Of a stretch of 64,000 nucleotides of DNA, positions 9,259-17,776 are shown in pieces. The stretch lies in the NCBI GenBank assembly GCA_050942955.1, contig JBMNOG010000005.1, positions 307 through 64,306 of the forward strand. The letters run 5' to 3'. Source of the DNA: Patescibacteria group bacterium (lineage in GTDB: Bacteria; Patescibacteriota; Microgenomatia; UBA1400; UBA1449). Positions within the stretch are counted from its first letter, which is position 1; every line of letters begins with the position of its first letter. A model generated the notes under the pieces. It was not told the DNA's origin, ran no database searches, and worked only from the letters and a program-made list of their open reading frames with translations. Both the position numbers and the translations under genes were made by a program.

Positions 9259-10683
9259 TTAACTTGCACTCCTTTTCCAACTATATCCACTGGCAATTAA
9301 ACCAAATCCGAAAAGCAAAAGAACTACGGTTGGAGTATTAACTCCCGAAACCGGAACTCCGCTTTTTGTTGAAGGCATAGATGTTCTGGCCGATAGGCTA
9401 GCAGTTGCCGTGGGTTTTGGAGTAGGAGAAATGGTGGGTATAGGTGAGGGTGAAGTATGGGCTGTGGGAGTAGCTTCAAATGCAGGTAAATCTTCAAGCC
9501 CGCCAGTAGCGTCACTGGCAATAATAAAGTCACGACTAAGTGTTTGGCTTCTAGCCATACTATCTATGTAGTCAACGGTTAGCGTATAATCTCCCGGATC
9601 AAGAGGGTCGCTAGGACTAAAACTCCAGTTTCCCTCATCATCCACTGTTTTTGTAGTTGAAATTGGTGATACTCCTCCAGCAATACTTACAGTTAATACT
9701 TTTTTAGCCGGACCCGTACCAAGAAACTCCGGTTGGGTGGTAAAAAGCTCCTCGCCATCTTCTGCTGGGTTTAAGATAGTAACCTCTTCTGATTCAATGC
9801 TTTGATCATATACTTCAGGTGTTTTTGCACTTTCAGTACTCTCAGAAGGGTCACTGCTCTTTGTGCTTTCTTCTGGTTCAAGAGGCAGCTGCTGAGACTG
9901 ATCTTGTTCTACTAGGGGTTTTTCAGGGACACTTGCAACTGTTTCTTGTGTAAAGTCATAAGTCTCACCTAGAGTAACAACTGGAACCGGTGATTTATTA
10001 GCAGCGTTTGTAACAATCTTGCTGGTTTTACTATCTCCCTGAACATCAATATTAATAGCAACAGTTTGAGGATCATAGGTTGCATATTCTGTAAGAGTGG
10101 TATTTCTAGCACTTGAGAGGTTAATAAGCCAGCTGCCATCCTTTTTTACTTGAGTGGATAGAGGGGCCACTCCGGGAATAGAAACGTAGACAATAGCTCC
10201 TTCAGCAGGTTTACCGGTTGTGAGATGAACAACTCCGTTTATCATGTCTGTTGGCGGTTGAGAACCAAGTGCCGGAGCTGTTTTTACAGAGTAGGGTTTT
10301 CCCGAATCATCAAACTGAGTATTTTTTTCTCCAGATCTTATCTTAAAGTAGTACTGTGTAGCTGGTTTGAGATTGGAGATAGTGACATGGTGAAGTTTTC
10401 TGGCCTGACTCTGTCCGGTCAATTGATCGCTATCATCAAGCTGTAGTTGTTCCAGCTTGGTATTGTCCCCGTACATTATTGAGCCGTTAGTTGGTTTTGC
10501 AGTAACCCAAGAAATTGTAAAACGATCATGGCTAACATTAGTGATTCTGATCTTGGTAGGTTTTATATCAGGATCAGGCTTAAAGGTTAGTAGGCCCTTT
10601 TGGTACACAAAGTATGTGCCTATGCCCAAACTAGCAAAAATAATAAATACACCGATAGTAGTAATCAGCTTCTTAATAGACAT
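9259..10683 (-). CDS. Surface protein with an FN3-like domain and a C-terminal sorting-signal-like tail
   Basis: N-terminal TM. FN3-like segment (FTISWVT...YYFKIRSG). PT-rich linker. The C-terminus is hydrophobic and followed by the basic tail KRSAS. The start codon overlaps the upstream stop (TAATG). Confidence 0.5.
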   Translation of the reverse strand: MSIKKLITTIGVFIIFASLGIGTYFVYQKGLLTFKPDPDIKPTKIRITNVSHDRFTISWVTAKPTNGSIMYGDNTKLEQLQLDDSDQLTGQSQARKLHHVTISNLKPATQYYFKIRSGEKNTQFDDSGKPYSVKTAPALGSQPPTDMINGVVHLTTGKPAEGAIVYVSIPGVAPLSTQVKKDGSWLINLSSARNTTLTEYATYDPQTVAINIDVQGDSKTSKIVTNAANKSPVPVVTLGETYDFTQETVASVPEKPLVEQDQSQQLPLEPEESTKSSDPSESTESAKTPEVYDQSIESEEVTILNPAEDGEELFTTQPEFLGTGPAKKVLTVSIAGGVSPISTTKTVDDEGNWSFSPSDPLDPGDYTLTVDYIDSMARSQTLSRDFIIASDATGGLEDLPAFEATPTAHTSPSPIPTISPTPKPTATASLSARTSMPSTKSGVPVSGVNTPTVVLLLFGFGLIASGYSWKRSAS

Positions 10684-11039
10684 TATTGGACAGGCTCACT
10701 GCTAGGCGTTGATTCTTCAACTTCACTTTCTTCAATATCTGGGCTTGGCGAGGCCACTTTTTGACTAGCTAAGCCTGTTAGTGCTTGTTTAGTATTTTCA
10801 GTATACGGAGGAATATCTTCAAGATCAACATCGGAAATAACCTGCCTTTGTTGAAGTTCTTCAACTACAGGAAGATTGAAAGAAGCAGGTAAAGATTTTG
10901 CTGCCTCTTGGGCTTCCTTAGATACTGTTCTTATTTCTTTTGTGGCTGAGACTTCAACAAAAAACCACACCAGAACAGTAATGAAGCTAAAAACTAAAAT
11001 TACATACCAGTAACTGAATGTTTTCTTTTTTACTATCAT
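10683..11039 (-). CDS. Small bitopic membrane protein (PilP-position gene)
   Basis: 118 aa with an N-terminal TM and an acidic disordered tail. It is translationally coupled to the downstream gene. Confidence 0.35.
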   Translation of the reverse strand: MIVKKKTFSYWYVILVFSFITVLVWFFVEVSATKEIRTVSKEAQEAAKSLPASFNLPVVEELQQRQVISDVDLEDIPPYTENTKQALTGLASQKVASPSPDIEESEVEESTPSSEPVQ

Positions 11040-11045
11040 AGATGG

Positions 11046-11702
11046 CTATTTAATATAGTAGTAAACACTTCCTCTTACTAGGAAGTTAGTCTCACCATTC
11101 TGACTTCGTTTGGCTGACTGAATTGAGATTTGTGAGATAGAGTTGATGCGGATATGGTTCTGTAGATTTGCAATAAAGTTTTTTAAGTTGTCATATGTTG
11201 CAGTTACGTTTAAAGAAAAAGTAACTTCAGACACATTTGGACTAATTGACTTTTTTGTTTGCTTTTTTTGACTTTCTTCCTTAGAAGGGGTTTCGGTGCT
11301 TTCTACTACAGGAAAACCCGAAAAAGAAAGAGAAGTAAGTGTCATGCCGTTTTTCTTGATTAAGTAGCGGAATTCCTTTTCTAAAGTGGGAAAGTTTGGA
11401 TTATCCGGCATGGCCTTGTCTATCAATGGAATACTTGGTTGGAGAGCTTGAAACTGAGGAGCAATTTTTTCCAATGCCTCTCTCTTTATGGTTAAATCCT
11501 TGCTCAACTTTTCAAGTTTCTTAATCTGTTCCCGCAGTGTAGTTATAGAAGTTATTGTAGGTCTAATAGCTATGGCAAAGAGAAAAATGATCAGTAAAAC
11601 AGTAGCAATAAAATCTGCCGAAGCACTCGCCAGTGGCAAACTTTGCAGCTGTTCATAAAAACTGATACGTTTTAATTTATCTTGAGGGTTAGGTATATGC
11701 AT
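11046..11702 (-). CDS. pilO: Type IV pilus assembly PilO-like protein
   Basis: Short cytoplasmic N-terminus, one TM, a coiled-coil (LREQIKKLEKLSKDLTIKREALEKI) and a periplasmic domain. It sits immediately downstream of the PilN-like gene. Confidence 0.45.
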   Translation of the reverse strand: MHIPNPQDKLKRISFYEQLQSLPLASASADFIATVLLIIFLFAIAIRPTITSITTLREQIKKLEKLSKDLTIKREALEKIAPQFQALQPSIPLIDKAMPDNPNFPTLEKEFRYLIKKNGMTLTSLSFSGFPVVESTETPSKEESQKKQTKKSISPNVSEVTFSLNVTATYDNLKNFIANLQNHIRINSISQISIQSAKRSQNGETNFLVRGSVYYYIK

Positions 11703-11704
11703 AG

Positions 11705-12325
11705 CTATTGAATCTCTTTAGTTTTTTCTTGACCAGTATTAATTTCAATTTGAATAGAAAAGGTTATCTCAGGATTAATCACACCTTTAGATTGAAGCTC
11801 ATCTACAGAAATTTCCTCAAATTCAGGTACTTTTTTAAGGGCAGCTAGCATGGCGGCAAACAGTTTTTCATTAAGTGTTTTCCCTTTAAATGTTAGACGG
11901 TTACCGCTAAAGCTAATTAGCTCAAGCTGTGTTCCTAATGGCAAACTATTTTCAATCTTTCGAAGAACAAGAACCATATCTTGGGAATTATCAGAAGTAA
12001 GAATTGTGTCAATTGTGTCCAGCTTGTCCTGAAGTCTTCTTATCTTGAACTCAATTTCACTGTACTCCTGAATGGCTGCTACATCTTCATCAATTTGCTC
12101 ATTAAGGGCAGAAACCTTTCTATCCAAGCTGAAACGATAAAGAAGAGCACCTACAACAACTGTAAAAGTTATAAAAACCAGTGTCTTCCCTATGGTGAGA
12201 GCCCAGTTAATTGCTTTACCTAGCTTCGAGTTTTCGAAGTTAGTACTAGTGAGGAAGTTGACTGTAAGAGTTTTTTTGTGTTTGGGCATGTAGGCAGAAA
12301 CGCACAAATATTGCTTGCCTATCAT
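11705..12325 (-). CDS. pilN: Type IV pilus assembly PilN-like protein
   Basis: 206 aa with a basic cytoplasmic N-terminal tail, a single TM (LVFITFTVVVGALLY), a coiled-coil and a C-terminal periplasmic domain. This is the PilN architecture. Confidence 0.5.
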   Translation of the reverse strand: MIGKQYLCVSAYMPKHKKTLTVNFLTSTNFENSKLGKAINWALTIGKTLVFITFTVVVGALLYRFSLDRKVSALNEQIDEDVAAIQEYSEIEFKIRRLQDKLDTIDTILTSDNSQDMVLVLRKIENSLPLGTQLELISFSGNRLTFKGKTLNEKLFAAMLAALKKVPEFEEISVDELQSKGVINPEITFSIQIEINTGQEKTKEIQ

Positions 12326-12437
12326 TATATTGGGGAAGTTATCGTTATGTAAAGTAGTGAAGATAAAAAAACTCTAGAGGTACGATAGTTGCTGAAAACA
12401 AAACCTTACATTATTTTAAAATGACAGACTGCTACAG

Positions 12438-12683
12438 CTACTTGGAAGTTTTACTAGCAGTTTTTGTAAGCCGGCTCTTAAGCCGATTGACTCTACCTTT
12501 AGGAAGAATATTCTTCTTGGCGGCCTTATCAAGTGAAGAAAAAGCTTGAGCGATATTTTCTGGCGTGGGTTTCTGCCGGGCTTTTTTAAGCAATGTTCGA
12601 GCACGGCTTCTGATTGGCTTATTTGCTTCTGCTTTTTTTAGGTTTTGTCTGAGAGCTTTTCTAGCTGATTGAGTAACTGGCAT
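12438..12683 (-). CDS. rpsT: 30S ribosomal protein S20
   Basis: 81 aa, very basic. The N-terminal SARKALRQNLKKAEANK matches the S20 signature. Confidence 0.85.
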   Translation of the reverse strand: MPVTQSARKALRQNLKKAEANKPIRSRARTLLKKARQKPTPENIAQAFSSLDKAAKKNILPKGRVNRLKSRLTKTASKTSK

Positions 12684-12787
12684 AAGTATTTGATTTTATT
12701 TTTAATACACTAATTCTGGCTGACAATTGGTGAATTGTATCAATTTGTCTCTATGATTACAAGATTTAACTTGGTAGTATAAATGCT

Positions 12788-14476
12788 ATGGTCAAAAACA
12801 TTTGGAGATCAAGTAGTAAGCTGTTCGCGCGGCGGCAAAATAGCATCCTTTCAGCCGCTTTGGTTTTGATGATGGCAGTACTTTTCTCGAGGATTTTAGG
12901 GCTTGTCCGTGACCGCCTTCTTGCCGGAAGCTTCTTTCTTAACGGTAATGAGTGGCAGCTTGATGTTTATTTTGCGGCTTTTAGAATTCCTGACATGCTT
13001 TTTCAACTACTGGTGTTAGGGGCTTTGTCCGCCGCCTTTATTCCTGTTTACAGTGGGTATATCCAAAAAAATGAGAAAAAATCCTGGCAGCTTGTTAATG
13101 GAGTCATTACCCTAGCTTGCTTGGGATTTGTAGTGTTGGCTGGTGGAATTTTTATTTTCACAGAACCTTTAAGCCGTTTGATTGCCCCAAACTTTGGTAA
13201 TGCTGAGATTGCTCTTATGGTAACGCTTACCCGGATTATGCTTATCTCACAGTTTTTCTTTGTGATTTCAAACTTCTTCACCGGTATTTTACAGTCCAAT
13301 CAGCGTTTTCTTCTACCGGCAATAGCTCCTATTCTCTACAATATCGGCATTATTTTTGGAATCATCTTTTTATCTCCCTCTTTAGGGATCTACGGACCTA
13401 CTATGGGAGTGGTTTTAGGGGCTCTACTGCACCTGCTAGTTCAGTACCCTCTAGTAAAGCAGCTAGGATTTACTTACACTCCTACCCTTGGTCTTCATTT
13501 AAAAGGAGTTAGGCAGATCGGGAAATTGATGATTCCAAGAACCTTAGCCTTAGCAGTAAACCAGATAGAGTTAACAGTAGCCGTTTTTTTGGCTTCAGCT
13601 TTAAGCGCAGGCTCTCTTAGTATTTTTTACTTTTCTCAACATCTTCAAGCTCTCCCAATCGGTCTTTTCGGACTAACAATTGGACAAGCAGCACTGCCTA
13701 TTCTTTCAAAAGAAGGTGACAGTGAAGGTAGTAACTCTAAGTTTAAAAGTCTCTTTATCTCCTCTTTTAACAATATTCTCTATTTTGCCCTACCAGCTAG
13801 CGTTCTTCTTTTGGTCTTAAGAATTCCTCTTGTCAGAATCGCTTTCGGATCTAAAAACTTCCCCTGGGAGGCTACTCTTCTAACAGGAAAAGTGGTAGCC
13901 GCCTTTGCGCTTTCCGTTGCTGCTCAGGCAGTAATTCAAATTTTAGTAAGAGCATTTTATGCTCTTCAGGATACCAGGACACCTCTTGTTGTTGGGGGAT
14001 TGTCGGTAGCTGTTAACGTGGGTCTTAGCTGGTGGCTGGTGCAGGGAATGGGGTTGGGGGTTGTTGGGTTAGGGTTGGCGATATCCATAGCAGGCATAGT
14101 TCAGGCGATCATACTGTTTGCTTTACTCGACAGGAGGGTGGGTAGATTTGAGTACATAAGCTATATTATTCCGATCCTAAAAATGTTTATGGCTTCAGTT
14201 CTAACAGGAATCGCATTATGGTTGCCTATGCGTTTTTTGGATCAGTTTGTCCTTGATACAACGAGGACGATCCAGCTTATTATCCTTACTGTTGTTGCTA
14301 GCGGCTGCGGTTTTATGGTTTATGTCGTTTTTTCAAAAATTTTCCAAATTGAAGAACTGGAACAGTTCTTAAGCATACTAAAGAAGTTCGGTGCTTGGAA
14401 GAGTATTCTCTCTGAATCAGAAGAAGTTTTAAGTGAAGCTTCCGCCTCGCCACCCACAACCACAACAGAGAATTAA
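12788..14476 (+). CDS. murJ: Lipid II flippase MurJ (MviN)
   Basis: 562 aa with 14 predicted TM helices. The N-terminal FSRILGLVRDRLLAGSFF matches the MurJ motif. Confidence 0.85.
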   Translation: MVKNIWRSSSKLFARRQNSILSAALVLMMAVLFSRILGLVRDRLLAGSFFLNGNEWQLDVYFAAFRIPDMLFQLLVLGALSAAFIPVYSGYIQKNEKKSWQLVNGVITLACLGFVVLAGGIFIFTEPLSRLIAPNFGNAEIALMVTLTRIMLISQFFFVISNFFTGILQSNQRFLLPAIAPILYNIGIIFGIIFLSPSLGIYGPTMGVVLGALLHLLVQYPLVKQLGFTYTPTLGLHLKGVRQIGKLMIPRTLALAVNQIELTVAVFLASALSAGSLSIFYFSQHLQALPIGLFGLTIGQAALPILSKEGDSEGSNSKFKSLFISSFNNILYFALPASVLLLVLRIPLVRIAFGSKNFPWEATLLTGKVVAAFALSVAAQAVIQILVRAFYALQDTRTPLVVGGLSVAVNVGLSWWLVQGMGLGVVGLGLAISIAGIVQAIILFALLDRRVGRFEYISYIIPILKMFMASVLTGIALWLPMRFLDQFVLDTTRTIQLIILTVVASGCGFMVYVVFSKIFQIEELEQFLSILKKFGAWKSILSESEEVLSEASASPPTTTTEN

Positions 14477-14490
14477 CTTCACCAAAAAAC

Positions 14491-14518
14491 TTGTCATATG
14501 GCTTATTTATCATATAAT
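14491..14518 (+). promoter_or_regulatory. Sigma70-like promoter for lepA: TTGTCA, 16-bp spacer, TATAAT
   Basis: TTGTCA at 14491-14496 and TATAAT at 14513-18, with a 16-bp spacer. A GGAAGGAG RBS follows ~10 nt before the ATG at 14552. Confidence 0.45.
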
Positions 14519-14551
14519 CCATATAGAAAATGGAAGGAGAAGTAAGTTTTC

Positions 14552-16336
14552 ATGAACTCACAGTATATTCGTAATTTCTGTATCATTGCTCATATTGATC
14601 ACGGCAAATCAACCTTAGCTGACCGGTTTTTGGAATATACCCACACTGTCTCTGGCAGGGAGATGCAGGATCAATTTCTGGACTCAAACCCAATTTCCAG
14701 AGAAAGGGGTATTACTATAAAGCTTGCACCGGTACGGATGCTTTATTCTCATGGTGGACAAGAGTATGAGTTAAATCTCATCGATACTCCAGGGCATGTG
14801 GATTTTTCTTACGAGGTTTCAAGAGCGTTGGCTGCATGTGAAGGTGCTATTCTTCTAGTTGACGCAGTGGCTGGTATTCAGGCTCAAACATTGACAGTTT
14901 TTAGGCAGGCCAAAGCTCAGAATCTAAAAATTATTCCTGTTCTCAATAAGGTTGACTTACCGGCTGCCAGAATTGACGAGGTTACTTTAGACTTATGTGA
15001 AGCATTTAGATTTGATCCTGAAGAAGTCTTGACAATCTCTGCAAAAACTGGTCAAGGTGTACCCGAAGTTTTAGATGCGGTTATTGCCAGGGTTCCAGCA
15101 CCGAATGCAGAAAATGATAGCCAAACCCTGAAAGCTCTAGTATTTGACTCCCGCTTTGATCAGCACCAAGGAGTGATTGCTGATATCCGGGTATTCAGCG
15201 GACAGATGCAATCTGGAGACCGCCTGAAGCTCATGGCAGCTAACCGGCCCTTTAATCCGACAGAGTTAGGTAAGTATGCGCCAGAGCATAAAAAGCAGCC
15301 GGTTTTACAAGCTGGTGAGGTAGGGTATATCTGTACTGGTCTTAAATCCCTTCAGGAAGTAAAAGTGGGAGATACGATTACTTCTGTTAATGCAGAAGCT
15401 CAAAAACCGCTACCTGGGTACAAAGAGCCTAAACCCATGGTGTTTTTAGGACTCTATCCCACCGATAATGATGCGTTTGGTGATTTAGCTGAGGCTCTGG
15501 AAAAACTCCATCTCAACGATGCCTCTTTTGTTTATAGTCCAGAGTTTTCTAGCAGTATGGGTAAAGGTTTTAGAGTAGGTTTTGCTGGCTTGCTGCATGC
15601 TGAAATTGTTCAGGAGAGACTTGAAAGAGAGTTTGATCTTGACCTTATTGTCTCTGTCCCCAACGTGGTGTACCAGTATGAGCTTAACGGGAAACAGTAT
15701 GAAGTGCAGACTGCTCGGGACCTTCCTGATGTAACCGACGCTGTTTTTGAACCCTGGCTTTCTGTGGAGGTCTTTTCTCCTAAAGACTATGTTGGGACCA
15801 TAATGGAGCTTTTTGATAGCCGCCGCGGTGTGTTTAAAAACATGAAATATCTCTCAGATGGAGTACAGCTATCGTATGACTTGCCCATGGCGGAGCTGGT
15901 TACTGATTTTTTTGACCGCCTAAAGTCAATTTCTTCCGGATATGCCAGTCTTGATTATGAGTTTACAGGTATGAGAAAAGTTGATGCAGTTAGGCTTGAT
16001 ATCTTAATTCATGGAGAAAGAGTAGATGCTTTGTCTCAGATAGTTGTTAAAGAAAAAGCTGATTACATTGGTCGGGAAACAGTCAAGAAACTAAAAGCTG
16101 TAATTCCCAGGCAAATGTTTGAGGTAGCAATCCAGGCAGCTATTGGCGGAAGAATTCTTGCCAGAGAGACCTTGCGCGGTTTTCGCAAAGATGTGACTGC
16201 CAAGCTCTATGGTGGCGATGTGACCAGGAGAATGAAACTTCTGGAAAAGCAGAAAAAAGGTAAAAAACGGATGAAACAATTTGGTAAAGTTCATATTCCC
16301 CAGGAAGCCTTCTTAGCAATAATGAAAAAAGATTAA
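14552..16336 (+). CDS. lepA: Elongation factor 4 (LepA)
   Basis: IRNFCIIAHIDHGKSTLADRFLE G-domain and a full-length LepA C-terminus. Confidence 0.95.
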   Translation: MNSQYIRNFCIIAHIDHGKSTLADRFLEYTHTVSGREMQDQFLDSNPISRERGITIKLAPVRMLYSHGGQEYELNLIDTPGHVDFSYEVSRALAACEGAILLVDAVAGIQAQTLTVFRQAKAQNLKIIPVLNKVDLPAARIDEVTLDLCEAFRFDPEEVLTISAKTGQGVPEVLDAVIARVPAPNAENDSQTLKALVFDSRFDQHQGVIADIRVFSGQMQSGDRLKLMAANRPFNPTELGKYAPEHKKQPVLQAGEVGYICTGLKSLQEVKVGDTITSVNAEAQKPLPGYKEPKPMVFLGLYPTDNDAFGDLAEALEKLHLNDASFVYSPEFSSSMGKGFRVGFAGLLHAEIVQERLEREFDLDLIVSVPNVVYQYELNGKQYEVQTARDLPDVTDAVFEPWLSVEVFSPKDYVGTIMELFDSRRGVFKNMKYLSDGVQLSYDLPMAELVTDFFDRLKSISSGYASLDYEFTGMRKVDAVRLDILIHGERVDALSQIVVKEKADYIGRETVKKLKAVIPRQMFEVAIQAAIGGRILARETLRGFRKDVTAKLYGGDVTRRMKLLEKQKKGKKRMKQFGKVHIPQEAFLAIMKKD

Positions 16337-16343
16337 CTTCTGC

Positions 16344-16382
16344 TTGACATGGGTTAGCAGTCTTGCTAGACTAGTGCTAGCA
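16344..16382 (+). promoter_or_regulatory. Promoter (TTGACA ... TAGACT) overlapped by a CIRCE-like inverted repeat, the HrcA operator
   Basis: TTGACA at 16344-49 and TAGACT at 16367-72, with a 17-bp spacer. TTAGCAGTC-N9-TAGTGCTAG at 16354-16380 differs from the CIRCE consensus TTAGCACTC-N9-GAGTGCTAA at 3 of 18 positions. Confidence 0.5.
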
Positions 16383-16457
16383 TTTACAAATTCCTAGTCC
16401 AAATATCGGGATGCGAAATATTTGCCCTTTTTCGTATTGCGATCTTTGGAATAAACA

Positions 16458-17195
16458 GTGGAATTTCCGAGCCTAACTGACAGACAGGTCCAAATTTTAA
16501 AATGTGTTATTGAAGAATATATTGAAAGTGGTGAGCCAGTAGGCTCTGAGACACTAGACAAAAAATATAACCTGGGAGTTTCTCCGGCAACCATCCGCAA
16601 TGAGATGGTAATTCTTACCCAGCAGCAATTTTTACACCAACCTCACACCTCTTCCGGCCGCGTGCCCTCTCCGATGGCTATGCGTTTTTACGTAAAGCAA
16701 CTCATGCAAGAAAAAGAATTGTCAGTTAGCGAAGAAGTAGATGTTAAGTCCCGAATTTGGGATTACCGTGATAAAGCTAACAAACTTCTAAGAGAGGCTA
16801 CGCACATTCTTTCTCAAAAAACTAACAGTATTGGCATAGCAATTACTGATCAGGACGAAGTTTTTCATGCCGGGTATGCCAATATTTTGGATATTCCTGA
16901 ATTTTTTGATATTGATGTCACCAAAACTGTACTTTCTATTCTAGATGACAAACAAAGACTAGAGTTTATTTTCAGTAAGGGGCAGGGTGAAGAACCAATC
17001 CATATTTTACTGGGAGATGACTTTGAGATAGAGTTTTTGCGTCCCTGCGGTGTTGTCTATACCAATTTTCGGTTAGGCTCCCGCGCAGAGGGCAATCTTG
17101 GAGTTATTGGTCCTTCAAGGTTAGATTATCCTTATGTTATTCCGTTCATCAGGTATTTCGGCCGATTGATAACAGAAGTAACCAAGGATTGGTAG
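16458..17195 (+). CDS. hrcA: Heat-inducible transcription repressor HrcA
   Basis: GTG start. LTDRQVQILKCVIEEYIESGEPVGSETL...SPATIRNEM is the HrcA winged-helix N-terminus. 245 aa (somewhat short). Confidence 0.8.
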   Translation: MEFPSLTDRQVQILKCVIEEYIESGEPVGSETLDKKYNLGVSPATIRNEMVILTQQQFLHQPHTSSGRVPSPMAMRFYVKQLMQEKELSVSEEVDVKSRIWDYRDKANKLLREATHILSQKTNSIGIAITDQDEVFHAGYANILDIPEFFDIDVTKTVLSILDDKQRLEFIFSKGQGEEPIHILLGDDFEIEFLRPCGVVYTNFRLGSRAEGNLGVIGPSRLDYPYVIPFIRYFGRLITEVTKDW

Positions 17196-17252
17196 TATTT
17201 CACGGTCCACTTCATTTTATTTTAATGCACAAAAGTTACAATATAGTCCATT

Positions 17253-17747
17253 ATGAAAAAAAGTATTGATGATACAAGTAAACAAATAAAAAAACACAAA
17301 AAAGAAAATGAAAAAGCTGGAATAAAAGAGCTAAAGCAGGAATTGCAAGATACCCAGCAGAAATGGTTGAGGGCTGTAGCTGATTACCAGAACTTAGAAA
17401 GAAGACTACAAAAGGAACGTGAGGAGTGGGTAAAGTTTTCCAATGTTAATCTTTTGAATCGGATACTGGATGCTATTGATCAGATGGATAGGGCAGCAGT
17501 ATTTGTTAAAGACCCAGGATTGGAAATGATTCGCAAAAGCTTTAAAGATATACTACATGAATTCGGAGTTGAGGAACTTGAGATTGAGGGTAAAGAGTTT
17601 GATCCGGCGTTAATGGAATGTGTGGATAAAAAACAAGGTAAGGAGAATAAGGTTTTAGAAGTTGCGCAAAAAGGTTACAAATTACATGATCGGGTGCTTA
17701 GACCTGCCAAAGTAGTGGTAGGTAGCAGCCAAAACTCAAATAGTTAA
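17253..17747 (+). CDS. grpE: Nucleotide exchange factor GrpE
   Basis: Coiled-coil N-terminus. VADYQNLERR matches the GrpE motif. It precedes dnaK. Confidence 0.85.
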   Translation: MKKSIDDTSKQIKKHKKENEKAGIKELKQELQDTQQKWLRAVADYQNLERRLQKEREEWVKFSNVNLLNRILDAIDQMDRAAVFVKDPGLEMIRKSFKDILHEFGVEELEIEGKEFDPALMECVDKKQGKENKVLEVAQKGYKLHDRVLRPAKVVVGSSQNSNS

Positions 17748-17776
17748 CATAAATAAATAGTTTACGAGGAGGTATT

